This document shows positions 10,606-19,974 of a stretch of 64,000 nt of DNA, piece by piece. The stretch lies in assembly GCF_036568765.1 (NCBI RefSeq), contig NZ_DATCRY010000019.1, positions 6,404 through 70,403 of the forward strand. The letters run 5' to 3'. Below the pieces are notes generated by a model, which did no database searches, was not told where the DNA came from, and saw nothing but the letters and a program-made list of their open reading frames with translations. Source of the stretch: Dyella sp. GTDB taxonomy: Bacteria > Pseudomonadota > Gammaproteobacteria > Xanthomonadales > Rhodanobacteraceae. Position 1 is the stretch's first letter, and each line of letters begins with the position of its first letter. Made by a program: the position numbers and the translations under genes.

Positions 10606-11979
10606 ATGCAATGGGGATACACCATGTCTGGAATGAAGATGGGAAATACCCGCATGAAACTTCTCGCGGGCGCTGTTATGTTTCTTGCTGGCGCCTCGCT
10701 GGCTACCAGCGCGATGAGCACGACGCTTTACGGTGGTGGCGCGACGCTGCCGGCTGGCGGTTATGTTGGTTGGAACTGGGTTGCTTCCCAGACCCGCCTG
10801 ACGCCCGATGCGAGCAAGACTCCGGCCGTCACGGTCGACCCGGCCTCCATGTTCGGCGCCTGGGCAGGCTCGACGAATGCCGTGCAGTATTGCCAGACGG
10901 GTAGCGGCGGCGGTAAGCGCGTGCTCGATGGCGACACCGTGACCGCACCTTCGTTGACCCCGACCGGCACCTGCGGCGACTTTCTGACCGGTGGCGTCGC
11001 GAACGCGGGCTTCCAGATTCCGTCGACCGCTTCGAGCAGTTTCCCCGATTTCGTGGGCTCCGACGCTCCGATCTCCAGCAGCGAATACGGCACGTTTGTC
11101 ACCAACAATGGTACTGCGAAGGGCGAGCCGATCCAGTTCCCGGCAGTGGCCGGCTCCATTGCGGTCATCTATCGCAATGATTCGCTGTCCGCGCCGCTTA
11201 ACCTGACGACCACCCAGGTCTGCAAAATCTTCGACGGCGAGTTCACCAACTGGACGGATATCAACCCGTCTTTTGCCTCCAAGCCGATCAACGTTGTGTT
11301 CCGTTCTGACGGTAGCGGTACCACCTACAACCTGATGAACAACCTCAACCATCTGTGCAGCGCGATCGTCCCGACGGGTACGTTCTTCGCGGTTGACCAG
11401 ACGTTCGCTAGCGACGTTGCATTTGCCGGTCACGTTCTGCCGATCGGCCAGTCGACCTGGCCGGGCATCAAGACCCCCGCCAACGGCAACCCGGCTGTTG
11501 TCAGCGCCGTGGCCGGCAGCGATGGCGCCATCGGTTACGCCGAAGCGGCTAACGTCAAGAATGGCGGCGGTGCCAGCGTTCAGATGGCCACGATCAATGG
11601 GTTCGATCCGGTGAACGATCTGCCGGCAACGTTCAACCTGCCCTCGGGCTCGGTGGTGTTTGACAAGACCACTGGCGTCGACTCGTCGACCGGTGCCGCC
11701 ACGCTGGCCGCGCGTTCCCCCAATACGACAGCAAACTGCCTGGCCGTTGTCGATCCGAACCAGATCAACAACCTCAGCGGCACCTATCCGCTGGTGGCCG
11801 TGTCGTACATCCTGGCCAACCAGAAGGGCAACAGCACGCGTCTGACCTCGCTGCGCAGCTTCATCAACTTCCTGTACACGCACGCTGGTGTGACGACGAT
11901 CGGTACCGGTACCGGCTACGCCTTTATCGGCAACGCCGGCATCAACTCGCTGAAGGTTACGAGCTGCACGGCTTCGTAA
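10606..11979 (+). CDS. Secreted DING/PstS-family phosphate-binding protein
   Basis: GGAGG 5 nt upstream of ATG 10606 (an alternative ATG is at 10624). Signal peptide, then TLYGGGATLPAGGY (compare the DING N-terminus DINGGGATLP). SDAPIS and RSDGSGTT motifs of the PBP2/PstS fold. Confidence 0.75.
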   Translation: MQWGYTMSGMKMGNTRMKLLAGAVMFLAGASLATSAMSTTLYGGGATLPAGGYVGWNWVASQTRLTPDASKTPAVTVDPASMFGAWAGSTNAVQYCQTGSGGGKRVLDGDTVTAPSLTPTGTCGDFLTGGVANAGFQIPSTASSSFPDFVGSDAPISSSEYGTFVTNNGTAKGEPIQFPAVAGSIAVIYRNDSLSAPLNLTTTQVCKIFDGEFTNWTDINPSFASKPINVVFRSDGSGTTYNLMNNLNHLCSAIVPTGTFFAVDQTFASDVAFAGHVLPIGQSTWPGIKTPANGNPAVVSAVAGSDGAIGYAEAANVKNGGGASVQMATINGFDPVNDLPATFNLPSGSVVFDKTTGVDSSTGAATLAARSPNTTANCLAVVDPNQINNLSGTYPLVAVSYILANQKGNSTRLTSLRSFINFLYTHAGVTTIGTGTGYAFIGNAGINSLKVTSCTAS

Positions 11980-12015
11980 GTCAGCGTGTAATCCTGCTTG
12001 ATGAATGATGCGAGT

Positions 12016-12040
12016 AAAGCGGGCCAGGATGGCCCGCTTT
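12016..12040 (+). terminator. Rho-independent terminator-like hairpin after the first DING-like gene
   Basis: AAAGCGGGCC-AGGAT-GGCCCGCTTT, a perfect 10-bp stem ending in a T run. Confidence 0.5.
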
Positions 12041-12221
12041 ATGACTTTCTAATGGAACTCAACGGACTCCCGGAGAGTTCTGTTTGGGGGCATGACTGAA
12101 CCGTGTAACTTGCTTAGAGTGATGATTTGGATATTTAAACGATTTTCTCCCTGGCTCGGTCATGCGAGCGGTGCTAACGCCAGCAATTAGGCGGATTTAT
12201 AGACGCATGAGGAGATACATC

Positions 12222-13238
12222 ATGAGTATCGAGATGAACTCGAAGCGTATCCACGCAGCAAGAATTTCGAGCATTGTTCTATTCTTTGTCGGTATTGGAA
12301 TGGCCTCCGCCGCAGCAGGAACGACGCTGTATGGAGGCGGCTCCAATCTGCCGGCCGGTGCGTATGTCGGTTGGAGTTGGGTAAGTAGTGGTACGCGGCT
12401 AGTTCCCGATAGCGCTCAGACGCCTGTGGCTACGCTTGCGCCATCTTCGTTGTTCGGTACATGGGCTGGTACGGCGAATGCCGTACAGTATTGCCAGACG
12501 GGCAGTGGCCGCGGCAAGCAGGTGCTCATTGGGGACACTACGTCGTCGTTGACACCGACGGGTTTATGCCGTGTCTTCGGTACTTCTCCCAGCGGATTTC
12601 AGATCCCTACACTGGCATCGAGTGATTTGCCGGATTTTGTAGTTTCCGATGCACCTTTGAGCGATACCGAATACGGCACCTTTGTAACCAATAATGGTGC
12701 CATCAAGGGCGAGCCGATCCAGTTTCCGATAGCAGTTGGGTCGGTCGCGCTGATTTACCACAACAGTGATCCGGCTTTGCCTTCGCAGCTCAACCTCACA
12801 ACTGCACAGGTCTGTCGAGTTTTTTCTGGCGTGATTACCAACTGGAATCAGATCGACTCGTCATTCTTGCCTAAGCCAATCACGGTTGTCTATAGAAGTG
12901 ACGGTAGTGGCGCTACGTTCAACCTGATGAATCATTTGAACGCGGTTTGTAATGCTTTTATTCCGAGTGGGTCGCATTTCATTGTCGATCAATTATTCAC
13001 GAAGGGTGTTAGCGGTTTGCCGCTCTCATCACTATCCACGACCAAGTTGGCGGCCGATGGAGACCCAGTCGTCATTGCGGCAGTGAATGTCAACGATGGC
13101 GCAATCGGTTATGGAGGGGCGGCCGACTTGCTCAATTCCGGGGGAAGCAATGCTCGCTACGCAAAGGTCGATAATTTCGATCCGGTGAGCGATGTTCCTG
13201 TCACGTATGGTGGTCTGCCTCGTCATCGTCGAGTTTGA
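12222..13238 (+). CDS. DING/PstS-like paralog, C-terminally truncated (possible pseudogene)
   Basis: GAGGAG RBS before ATG 12222. Signal peptide, then TLYGGGSNLPAGAY, SDAPLS, RSDGSGAT. It aligns with the upstream paralog up to ...NFDPVSDVPVTY, then ends after 12 unrelated residues, about 110-120 aa short. Confidence 0.6.
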   Translation: MSIEMNSKRIHAARISSIVLFFVGIGMASAAAGTTLYGGGSNLPAGAYVGWSWVSSGTRLVPDSAQTPVATLAPSSLFGTWAGTANAVQYCQTGSGRGKQVLIGDTTSSLTPTGLCRVFGTSPSGFQIPTLASSDLPDFVVSDAPLSDTEYGTFVTNNGAIKGEPIQFPIAVGSVALIYHNSDPALPSQLNLTTAQVCRVFSGVITNWNQIDSSFLPKPITVVYRSDGSGATFNLMNHLNAVCNAFIPSGSHFIVDQLFTKGVSGLPLSSLSTTKLAADGDPVVIAAVNVNDGAIGYGGAADLLNSGGSNARYAKVDNFDPVSDVPVTYGGLPRHRRV

Positions 13239-13425
13239 AACAGAATACGATGGATACCGTTCTCAACTGCTTGCCGTGATCAGGGGCGTCGATGCCGTTC
13301 TTCTTTTGGCGGCATCGCGACTATTGCTTACTTGTTGCATTGAGGCGTGATGTTGCCGATACTTTGTTTTGATCAAGCAACTGGACGTCCAAGTGTCTAT
13401 TTGTAAGATTTTATGCCGTACATTT

Positions 13426-13854
13426 ATGTTCTCTGCTTTGTTGTTGCCATTGCTGGCTTGTGGCTTGCAACCGGTCACGATACAGCCGCCTCCACATGGC
13501 AATAGGGCTCATTCAGCCGGGTCGGCAGATTGGCTGGATACCCGACTTTATTTTGGACTCGGACCTGCCGACAACTTAGGTGGTGGTATCAGCGAGCAGT
13601 CATGGCGCGAATTCCTGGACCGTGAAGTCACTCCACGCTTTCCCGAAGGCCTCACCGTTGTCGATGCCTACGGCCAATGGCAAGGTAAACAACAATCCAT
13701 GCCTGAGCGGCTACGCTCCAAGATATTGATGGTCGATTACCCCGATACTCCCGATAACCGCGCCAAGATCGAAGCCATTCGAGCTGCCTGGAAGCGGCAG
13801 ACAGGGGATGAATCTGTGCTACGGGTGACCCAGTCGGCAGACGTTTCGTTCTAA
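13426..13854 (+). CDS. DUF3574-like lipoprotein
   Basis: Lipobox LLACG after a short hydrophobic N-terminus. LDTRLYFGLG...FLDREVTPRFPEGLTVVDAYGQW matches my recollection of DUF3574. Confidence 0.6.
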   Translation: MFSALLLPLLACGLQPVTIQPPPHGNRAHSAGSADWLDTRLYFGLGPADNLGGGISEQSWREFLDREVTPRFPEGLTVVDAYGQWQGKQQSMPERLRSKILMVDYPDTPDNRAKIEAIRAAWKRQTGDESVLRVTQSADVSF

Positions 13855-13856
13855 AG

Positions 13857-15479
13857 TTGGGCCTGACGTTTCAAAGCCGGGGCTTTTTCGTGCAGACAAT
13901 TTTCCGCCGCTGGCTGACGCCGGGCGATCTCAATGGTTTTTTGGGCCTGGTTGTGGATAACCTGTCCATCCTGGCCTTTCTCTCCACCGCGCTGATCGGC
14001 ATCTTCGGCTTCCCCGCCGATATCGTATTCCTGCGCATGTTCCCCGGCACTGCCCTGGGTGTGTTGCTGGGCAACCTGGCCTACACCGCGATGGCGCGCC
14101 GGTTGGCGCGGCTTACGGGCAGGGAGGATGTGACAGCGATGCCGTTGGGGCTGGATGCGCCGACCAGTATCGGGCTTTCCTTGCTGGTGCTAGGGCCGGC
14201 TTTCGTCGGCTTCAAACAGGCGGGGATGGATCCACACGCGGCGGGCATGGCGACCTGGCAGCTGGGGATGGCTTCGCTGGTCATCATGGGGGTGTTGAAG
14301 ACGGTGTTGTCGTTCTTTGGTGCCTCGGTGCAGCGGCATGTGCCGCGGGCGGGGTTGCTGGGTTCGATCGCCGGCATCGCGTTGGTGCTGATGGGTTTTC
14401 TACCGCTGATAGAGATTCTGAAGCAGCCGGTGGTTGGTTTTGCCGGGCTTGGCATCGTGCTTTATGCGCTGGTGGCGAAAGGTCGGTTGCCGTTCGGTTT
14501 GCCAGGCGTGTTGGTCGCTTTTTTGCTCGCTGCGCTGCTTTATTACGTACTCGGACCGTTGGGTTTGCTGGGATCGGGATACCGTGCACCGCCGGTTTGG
14601 CAATGGCGTTTCGCGCTTCCTTGGCCGACGCTGGAATGGACCCACGGTATGGCTTATGCGATGCCTTACCTGCCGTTGATCCTGCCATTCGGTTTGCTGA
14701 TGGTGGTCGGCGGTATCAATGTCACTGAAAGTGCTCGCGCCGCAGGCGACGACTATTCGACACGAGACATCTTGCTGGTCGAGGCGTTGGCGACTCTGGC
14801 GGCCGGCTTCTGCGGTGGCGTGGCGCAGACGACGCCGTATATCGGGCAGCCGTCGTACAAGGCGATGGGTGCACGCAGCGGTTATACGTTGCTCACCGGT
14901 GTGGTGATCGGTCTCGGCGGCGTGCTGGGCTACGTGTCCAATCTGGTCGAGCTGTTGCCGCTGTCGGTGTTGGCACCGATCCTGGTTTTTGTGGCGATCG
15001 GTATGACGGTGCAGGCATTCGAGGCGACGCCGATGCGTTATGCGGCGGCGGTGGTGTTTAGTTTCTTTCCTGCGATTGCGCGGATGGTAACGATTAAACT
15101 GGGCGATCCGACGTATGTATCGTTCGAGCATTTTGCTGCGCTATATAACGATCGATCGCATGGTTTGTCCGAATTGGCGGTCATCGCGGTGCTGGGTAAT
15201 GGCTTCATCATCACGTCGATGCTCTGGGCCAGCTTCGTGGTGGCGCTGATCGATGGACGTGTCGCGCGTGCTGCCGGTATTGTCTTGTTGGGCGCGCTGT
15301 TGACGTCGGTGGGTTTGATGCATTCGGCGACGCTGGCTGGCAGTGTCTATTTGCCGTGGCAGCTCGATGCCGGCGCGCAAGCGATGGTGTGGCAGTTTGC
15401 TGGGGCGTATCTTGCGTTGGCTTTGATATTGCTGTTGCTGTCATTGCAGCGTTTGGATAATGCAAAAAAGTCTGTTTGA
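13857..15479 (+). CDS. Polytopic permease, NCS2/AzgA-like (xanthine/uracil/vitamin C permease superfamily), substrate unknown
   Basis: More than 12 predicted hydrophobic helices. The N-terminal LTPGDLNGFLGLVVDNLSILAF and the internal GINVTESARAAGD...TTPYIGQPSYKAMGARSGY resemble COG2252-type permeases. Start uncertain (TTG 13857 or GTG 13890). Confidence 0.55.
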   Translation: MGLTFQSRGFFVQTIFRRWLTPGDLNGFLGLVVDNLSILAFLSTALIGIFGFPADIVFLRMFPGTALGVLLGNLAYTAMARRLARLTGREDVTAMPLGLDAPTSIGLSLLVLGPAFVGFKQAGMDPHAAGMATWQLGMASLVIMGVLKTVLSFFGASVQRHVPRAGLLGSIAGIALVLMGFLPLIEILKQPVVGFAGLGIVLYALVAKGRLPFGLPGVLVAFLLAALLYYVLGPLGLLGSGYRAPPVWQWRFALPWPTLEWTHGMAYAMPYLPLILPFGLLMVVGGINVTESARAAGDDYSTRDILLVEALATLAAGFCGGVAQTTPYIGQPSYKAMGARSGYTLLTGVVIGLGGVLGYVSNLVELLPLSVLAPILVFVAIGMTVQAFEATPMRYAAAVVFSFFPAIARMVTIKLGDPTYVSFEHFAALYNDRSHGLSELAVIAVLGNGFIITSMLWASFVVALIDGRVARAAGIVLLGALLTSVGLMHSATLAGSVYLPWQLDAGAQAMVWQFAGAYLALALILLLLSLQRLDNAKKSV

Positions 15480-15680
15480 AGAGGAGCTAATGCCATAAAA
15501 CAAAGCATGGCATGCCTGACACTTTCCCAATGAGTTGTGCCACTGTTCCATTGCTCGGACCGCAGGCAAAAGCTACACGACCTATTCGAGAAGCTATTAA
15601 CGAAATAGCCGCCTTCTACGATTCGCCGTTACAAGCCTGCTGTGCTAGGTTTGTCAGACTAATTACGACGGTGCACAGCT

Positions 15681-17132
15681 ATGCATAGGCGAGAGTTCAT
15701 CAAGTATCTTGGTGTTGTGGGTGCAATGGCCAGTACGCCCTTGGCTGCCTTCATTTCTCCAGCGCAGCCCAAAGAAGCCGGCATGCCAGCTTCCGGCAAT
15801 CGCCTGTTGCTAGCGCAGCAAGCCTTCATGGATCTTCGCTTCGGCATGTTCATTCATTTGAACATGGCATCGTTTGAGCAACGCGAGTGGGGCGATCCAC
15901 ATGCTTCGCTGAAATTGTTCAATCCCAAGCATCTGGATGCCAGGCAGTGGGCGCGTGCCGCACGTTCGGCAAACATGCGCTATGGCTGCCTGACGACCAA
16001 GCACCACGATGGCTTCTGTCTGTGGCCGACGAAGACAGGCAGCGCCAATGTCATGCAGTCTTCTTATCCGCGAGACATTGTTCGCGCTTACGTCGACGCG
16101 TTCCGGGCAGAGGGGCTGCAGCCTTGCTTGTATTTTTCCATGCTGGATCTGCGGGCCGATATTCGCCCGGATGTGATCACCGCTGATAAGGTCGCGTTGA
16201 TTAAAGCGCAGCTTACGGAACTATTGACCCAATACGGTCCGATCCCGGCCCTGATCTTCGACGGCTGGAATGCGTCCTGGTCGCGGATCGATTATGAGCA
16301 GTTGCCGTTCCGGGACATCTACGATCACATCAAACGCCTTCAGCCCGATTGCCTGGTGGCAGAGCACAACGCTGGGCGTTATCCGGTGCCGGCGCTTTAC
16401 TACACCGACATCAAGGAATATGAGCAGCACGCAGGTCAGGTTATTCCAGCTGGTAGCGCAATTCCTTCACAGTCGGGGACGACGCTGCAGAGCGATTGGT
16501 TCTGGAAGGAAGACTATCCGAAGCAGGCGCTTCGTCCGGCCAAGCAGATCGTCGATGAGTGGTTGCGCCCGTTCAACGACAACCATTGCAATCTGATTCT
16601 TAATTGCGCGCCCAATCGCGATGGGTTGTTCGATGAGAACGTGATCGAGCGTCTGGCGGAGATCGGAAAGCTTTGGCAGCATCCGGGGGCGGCGCCAAAG
16701 CTAGCTCCAGCTTTAGCGATCACTACTGAAAACCTTGCCAAGCGCCAACCCTCGTTCGCCAGCAGTATCGCCGATGGCTCCGGTCCCGATCTGGCATTCG
16801 ACGACAAGATCGCCACGTACTGGGAGGCGGATGCCGGTCAGGCTACGGCTTGGCTCGAAGTTCGATTAGAGAAGCCGGTGACGTTCAATACGGTTTCCAT
16901 CATCGAGCCCAGGCATATGGGCGATTATGGCGAAGCGAGGATCGTGCATTTCACAGTGCAATATGAGCAGTCCGGAGAATGGCGGAATATTGCCCAGGGC
17001 ACGATGCCGCAGTCGGTAGCTTTGCAGCGGATCGATGCTGTCACGGCGCGCCGGGTACGCTTGCAACTGGAAGGACGAGGGCGCTCGCCGGGGATAAGCG
17101 AGTTTGGACTTTACTTCGAGCCCGTTTCGTGA
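15681..17132 (+). CDS. Alpha-L-fucosidase (GH29) with Tat signal and C-terminal F5/8 type C (discoidin) domain
   Basis: MHRREFIKYLG twin-arginine leader. GH29 hallmark TTKHHDGFCLWPTK. The C-terminal 130 aa (ATYWEA...VRLEKPVTFNTVSI...RVRLQ) look discoidin-like. Confidence 0.85.
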   Translation: MHRREFIKYLGVVGAMASTPLAAFISPAQPKEAGMPASGNRLLLAQQAFMDLRFGMFIHLNMASFEQREWGDPHASLKLFNPKHLDARQWARAARSANMRYGCLTTKHHDGFCLWPTKTGSANVMQSSYPRDIVRAYVDAFRAEGLQPCLYFSMLDLRADIRPDVITADKVALIKAQLTELLTQYGPIPALIFDGWNASWSRIDYEQLPFRDIYDHIKRLQPDCLVAEHNAGRYPVPALYYTDIKEYEQHAGQVIPAGSAIPSQSGTTLQSDWFWKEDYPKQALRPAKQIVDEWLRPFNDNHCNLILNCAPNRDGLFDENVIERLAEIGKLWQHPGAAPKLAPALAITTENLAKRQPSFASSIADGSGPDLAFDDKIATYWEADAGQATAWLEVRLEKPVTFNTVSIIEPRHMGDYGEARIVHFTVQYEQSGEWRNIAQGTMPQSVALQRIDAVTARRVRLQLEGRGRSPGISEFGLYFEPVS

Positions 17133-17136
17133 CGGC

Positions 17137-17490
17137 AGGACAATTGTCCTAGTTTGCGGGAGCGACTTTGGGGAACCTCGAAAAACCTCAGTTTTCATGA
17201 TCGCCCCGGCGGACGCCGGGGCCCGCGCCTCTAACACGTTGAAGCGTCAAGGCACTGGATCCCACCATCCGTTGGGATGACGAGTAGGAAAGGATTTTCT
17301 AGAGACTTCCTTCAGGGAACCTCTAAGAACTGGCTCTTCTGTGGGAGCGACTTTCGTCGCAACGATCGTGCCTTATCGCAAGTCCTTGTCGCGACTGAAG
17401 TCGCTCCCACAACGATAGGACCCGTTTTCGCTGTGTCCAAGTCATTGACAGGTTTTTAGAGGCTCCCTGAAGTGGCTCCCACAAGCTAGC
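17137..17490. repeat. Cluster of REP-type palindromic repeats (GTGGGAGCGACTTnnGTCGC family) forming nested inverted repeats
   Basis: 14-bp palindrome AGGACAATTGTCCT at 17137-17150. GGGAGCGACTTT copies at about 17158 and 17342, and an inverted copy at about 17388-17410. Outer inverted pair CTTCAGGGAACCTCTA (about 17310) / TAGAGGCTCCCTGAAG (about 17456). Confidence 0.55.
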
Positions 17491-17537
17491 CGTGCTTCCG
17501 AGCGGTGCGGATGTATTTTGCTAACCCTGAAACGACG

Positions 17538-17560
17538 AAACCAGCCATAAAGGCTGGTTT
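17538..17560 (-). terminator. Hairpin that would be the original terminator of tRNA-Val before island insertion
   Basis: AAACCAGCC-ATAAA-GGCTGGTTT lies 10 nt beyond the partial tRNA 3' copy. The T-runs are short on both strands. Confidence 0.4.
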
Positions 17561-17568
17561 CTGAATCG

Positions 17569-17616
17569 GTGGTGGGCGGTACAAGGATCGAACTTGTGAC
17601 ACCTGCCGTGTGAAGG
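17569..17616. repeat. att repeat (distal copy): 48 bp identical to the 3' part of tRNA-Val
   Basis: GTGGTGGGCGGTACAAGGATCGAACTTGTGACACCTGCCGTGTGAAGG is identical to 23917-23964. Confidence 0.85.
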
Positions 17617-17691
17617 TGATCTTTGAATCCGTGGGATGCGTTGCCCTGTAAGGCTTGCTGAGGAACTCCCGTTCACTTCAGGAGTTCACAC

Positions 17692-18666
17692 ATGGCCACC
17701 ATACGTTGCCTTCCTAGCGGTAGCTGGAACGTACAGGTACGCATCAAGGGACAGGCTCCCAAGTCCAAGACCCTCCCCACAAGAGAACAGGCGGAAGCCT
17801 GGGCAAATCAAGAGGAATCCTTACATAGGCTCTCCAAGCTTACAGAAGCCGCTCAGTGGCCCACGGTGAAGGAACTAGGCATGGCCTATGCCGAGGCAAA
17901 GCTAAAGGACAGAGAAAGCTATTGGAAGGCTCAGATGATCGCTAGGCAGCTAGGGAAAGTATTCCCGGTTCCCATCAATGAGCTAACCCCCAAGATGGTC
18001 AATGACTTCAAGCTCAAGCGGCTAGCTGAGGTGAGGAGTGAAACCTGTAGGGGACAGCTAGCATTCCTGTCGAGGTTCTACAGATACGCCAAAAGGGAAC
18101 TGCTCCTAGAGATTGACAATCCTGTCTCTCGCATCGTGATGCCTGCCGCCAGTAAGCCAAGTGACAAGGTGGTGAGCAAGGAAGAACTAGACCTCCTGCT
18201 AGGACAGCTAAAGCCAACAATGGCCCTCATTGTCGAACTTGCCTACGAAACAGCCATGCGTAGATCAGAGATAGTCAAGCTAACGCCCTCGTGTCTGCAC
18301 CTTGAAGAACGGATAGCAGACGTCATAGACGGCAAGACGGGAACGAGGAACGTACCACTTACCAAGAGGGCTGTAGAACTGCTCAAGATGGCGTTAGATC
18401 AGTGTCCGAACAGGAACAGACCCGATACAAGGTTGTTCAATGTCAGGCCACACAGTGCCACCAATGCGGTTAAACGGGCGAGAGAAAAGCTAGGGCTAGA
18501 TGCTTCTGTACGTATCCACCAGTTGCGACATACAAGGATCACCAATGTTGCTAGGAAAGGCTTGAACAACGCTCAAATTATGGTGGTGAGTGGGCATCGT
18601 GATCCTAGGTCAGTAGCGAGATATACGCATCTACAGGCCAAGGATGTTCTACATCTCATTGACTAA
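17692..18666 (+). CDS. Tyrosine recombinase / phage-type integrase
   Basis: AGGAG RBS. Catalytic-type motifs ETAMRRSEI (Arg), HQLRHTRIT (H-x-x-R), GHRDPRSVARYTH (His...Tyr). Confidence 0.9.
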   Translation: MATIRCLPSGSWNVQVRIKGQAPKSKTLPTREQAEAWANQEESLHRLSKLTEAAQWPTVKELGMAYAEAKLKDRESYWKAQMIARQLGKVFPVPINELTPKMVNDFKLKRLAEVRSETCRGQLAFLSRFYRYAKRELLLEIDNPVSRIVMPAASKPSDKVVSKEELDLLLGQLKPTMALIVELAYETAMRRSEIVKLTPSCLHLEERIADVIDGKTGTRNVPLTKRAVELLKMALDQCPNRNRPDTRLFNVRPHSATNAVKRAREKLGLDASVRIHQLRHTRITNVARKGLNNAQIMVVSGHRDPRSVARYTHLQAKDVLHLID

Positions 18667-18810
18667 CACCCTCTAGAAGCTCCCGTAAGCCCCTCAAGGC
18701 ATTCCTTGAATTATGCTAGCGTCACTAGCCATAAACCTTTGGATGCGCTCTGAGGGGCTTTTTATTGCCCATATGAGTGTAATGCAGTGTGGCAAGCTGG
18801 CGATTATTTG

Positions 18811-18826
18811 TTGAAAATATTTTCAA
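18811..18826. promoter_or_regulatory. Perfect 16-bp palindrome TTGAAAATATTTTCAA in the AT-rich region upstream of the island operon
   Basis: Seen directly. It lies about 170 nt upstream of ATG 18995 in a region of A/T runs. Confidence 0.3.
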
Positions 18827-18994
18827 AAAATTTCAAGGAAAATGCCAAAAAAACCCGGTACTAGCATATGTAAGGACATGAAATAGCTCACCGGAAGAAA
18901 AATATTTCTAATGGATTGTCCTAAAACAACCAAAACTCCGGTATATATAAGTATAGGGGTAAAAATTCACCAACTACAACAAGGAGGCTTAAGG

Positions 18995-19276
18995 ATGCCC
19001 CGTAATACATCATTGTCCCTAAAGGATATAGTAAAGGTTCAGAATGACAACTTGAGAACCATTGGCTCAAAGATCATCTATTTGACCATTCGTAACAATG
19101 CGGATCGTAATGGATGGGCAACTATCAGTCTATCCGAGCTGGCTAGCGCTGCCTGCCTCACCCGCAGGGGTGTGGTCAATATCCTAAATCGTATGCAGGA
19201 ATGTGAACTCATTGAGAAACAATATGACCACAGTTCCCATGATACCAAGAACAAATATAGAGCCATCACCCTATAA
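18995..19276 (+). CDS. Small winged-helix/HTH DNA-binding protein (replication-initiator or regulator-like)
   Basis: AAGGAGG RBS. WATISLSELASAACLTRRGVVNILNRMQECELIEK resembles a wHTH recognition unit. Confidence 0.55.
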   Translation: MPRNTSLSLKDIVKVQNDNLRTIGSKIIYLTIRNNADRNGWATISLSELASAACLTRRGVVNILNRMQECELIEKQYDHSSHDTKNKYRAITL

Positions 19277-19286
19277 GGAGAACAAT

Positions 19287-19652
19287 ATGCAAGATTTCTG
19301 GAAAGACCCTGAGAATATTTTTGCTGCAAATAGTAAGGAAGAAACCAAGCTTACTCCTGACCATCAAGAGCCTAAGATTCCACCTCGTAAGTTCAATATG
19401 GGAAACGATAAAGATCGTTATGAGTATTTCCAGCTACTCAAGCTTAAGGCTTTAGTAGATAACCCTGATGCCGTTGCCAAGCCCATCAAAGTCAAGGAAA
19501 AAGAAAGCAACATTATAAAGGATGAGCAAGGTAACTATTCTGGCCTCAAGCATTCTGTGATTAATGGTATTCATGCCACGGTTAAGAATCAGGCGGACTT
19601 GCTCAAGGCTTTGAGGGCAGATACCTATAAGCGTCATGGTATCAAAGAGTGA
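19287..19652 (+). CDS. Hypothetical protein (121 aa, Lys/Glu-rich)
   Basis: AAGGAG RBS 7 nt upstream. Starts 10 nt after the previous stop. No domain recognised. Confidence 0.5.
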   Translation: MQDFWKDPENIFAANSKEETKLTPDHQEPKIPPRKFNMGNDKDRYEYFQLLKLKALVDNPDAVAKPIKVKEKESNIIKDEQGNYSGLKHSVINGIHATVKNQADLLKALRADTYKRHGIKE

Positions 19653-19933
19653 TGACTATGGCTCACAATTATATCTCTGAGGCAGAGAAGTACAGGCTGG
19701 AAGAAAACAAGAGAAGTAAAGACGCCCTTGATAGGGTCATTGCTGAAAAGAACGCCAGCCTTGTTGGCTACCCCAAGGAATATAACGGCATTATCTATCA
19801 GATGAAGCAGAATGGCATGTATGTATGCCTCAATGCGTCACAGAATGGCAAGTTGGCAGGTTTGTTTTCTTCGCCACAGGCCATTAAGAAGCTTGTGGAT
19901 GATATGGAAAAAGCTGGCGAGATTAAACTGTAA
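19649..19933 (+). CDS. Hypothetical protein (about 92 aa)
   Basis: Start overlaps the previous stop (GTGATGA). No domain recognised. Confidence 0.5.
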   Translation: MMTMAHNYISEAEKYRLEENKRSKDALDRVIAEKNASLVGYPKEYNGIIYQMKQNGMYVCLNASQNGKLAGLFSSPQAIKKLVDDMEKAGEIKL

Positions 19934-19974
19934 TCATATATCAAAGCTAGCGATAGACTAGCAAGGGAGAGGTT

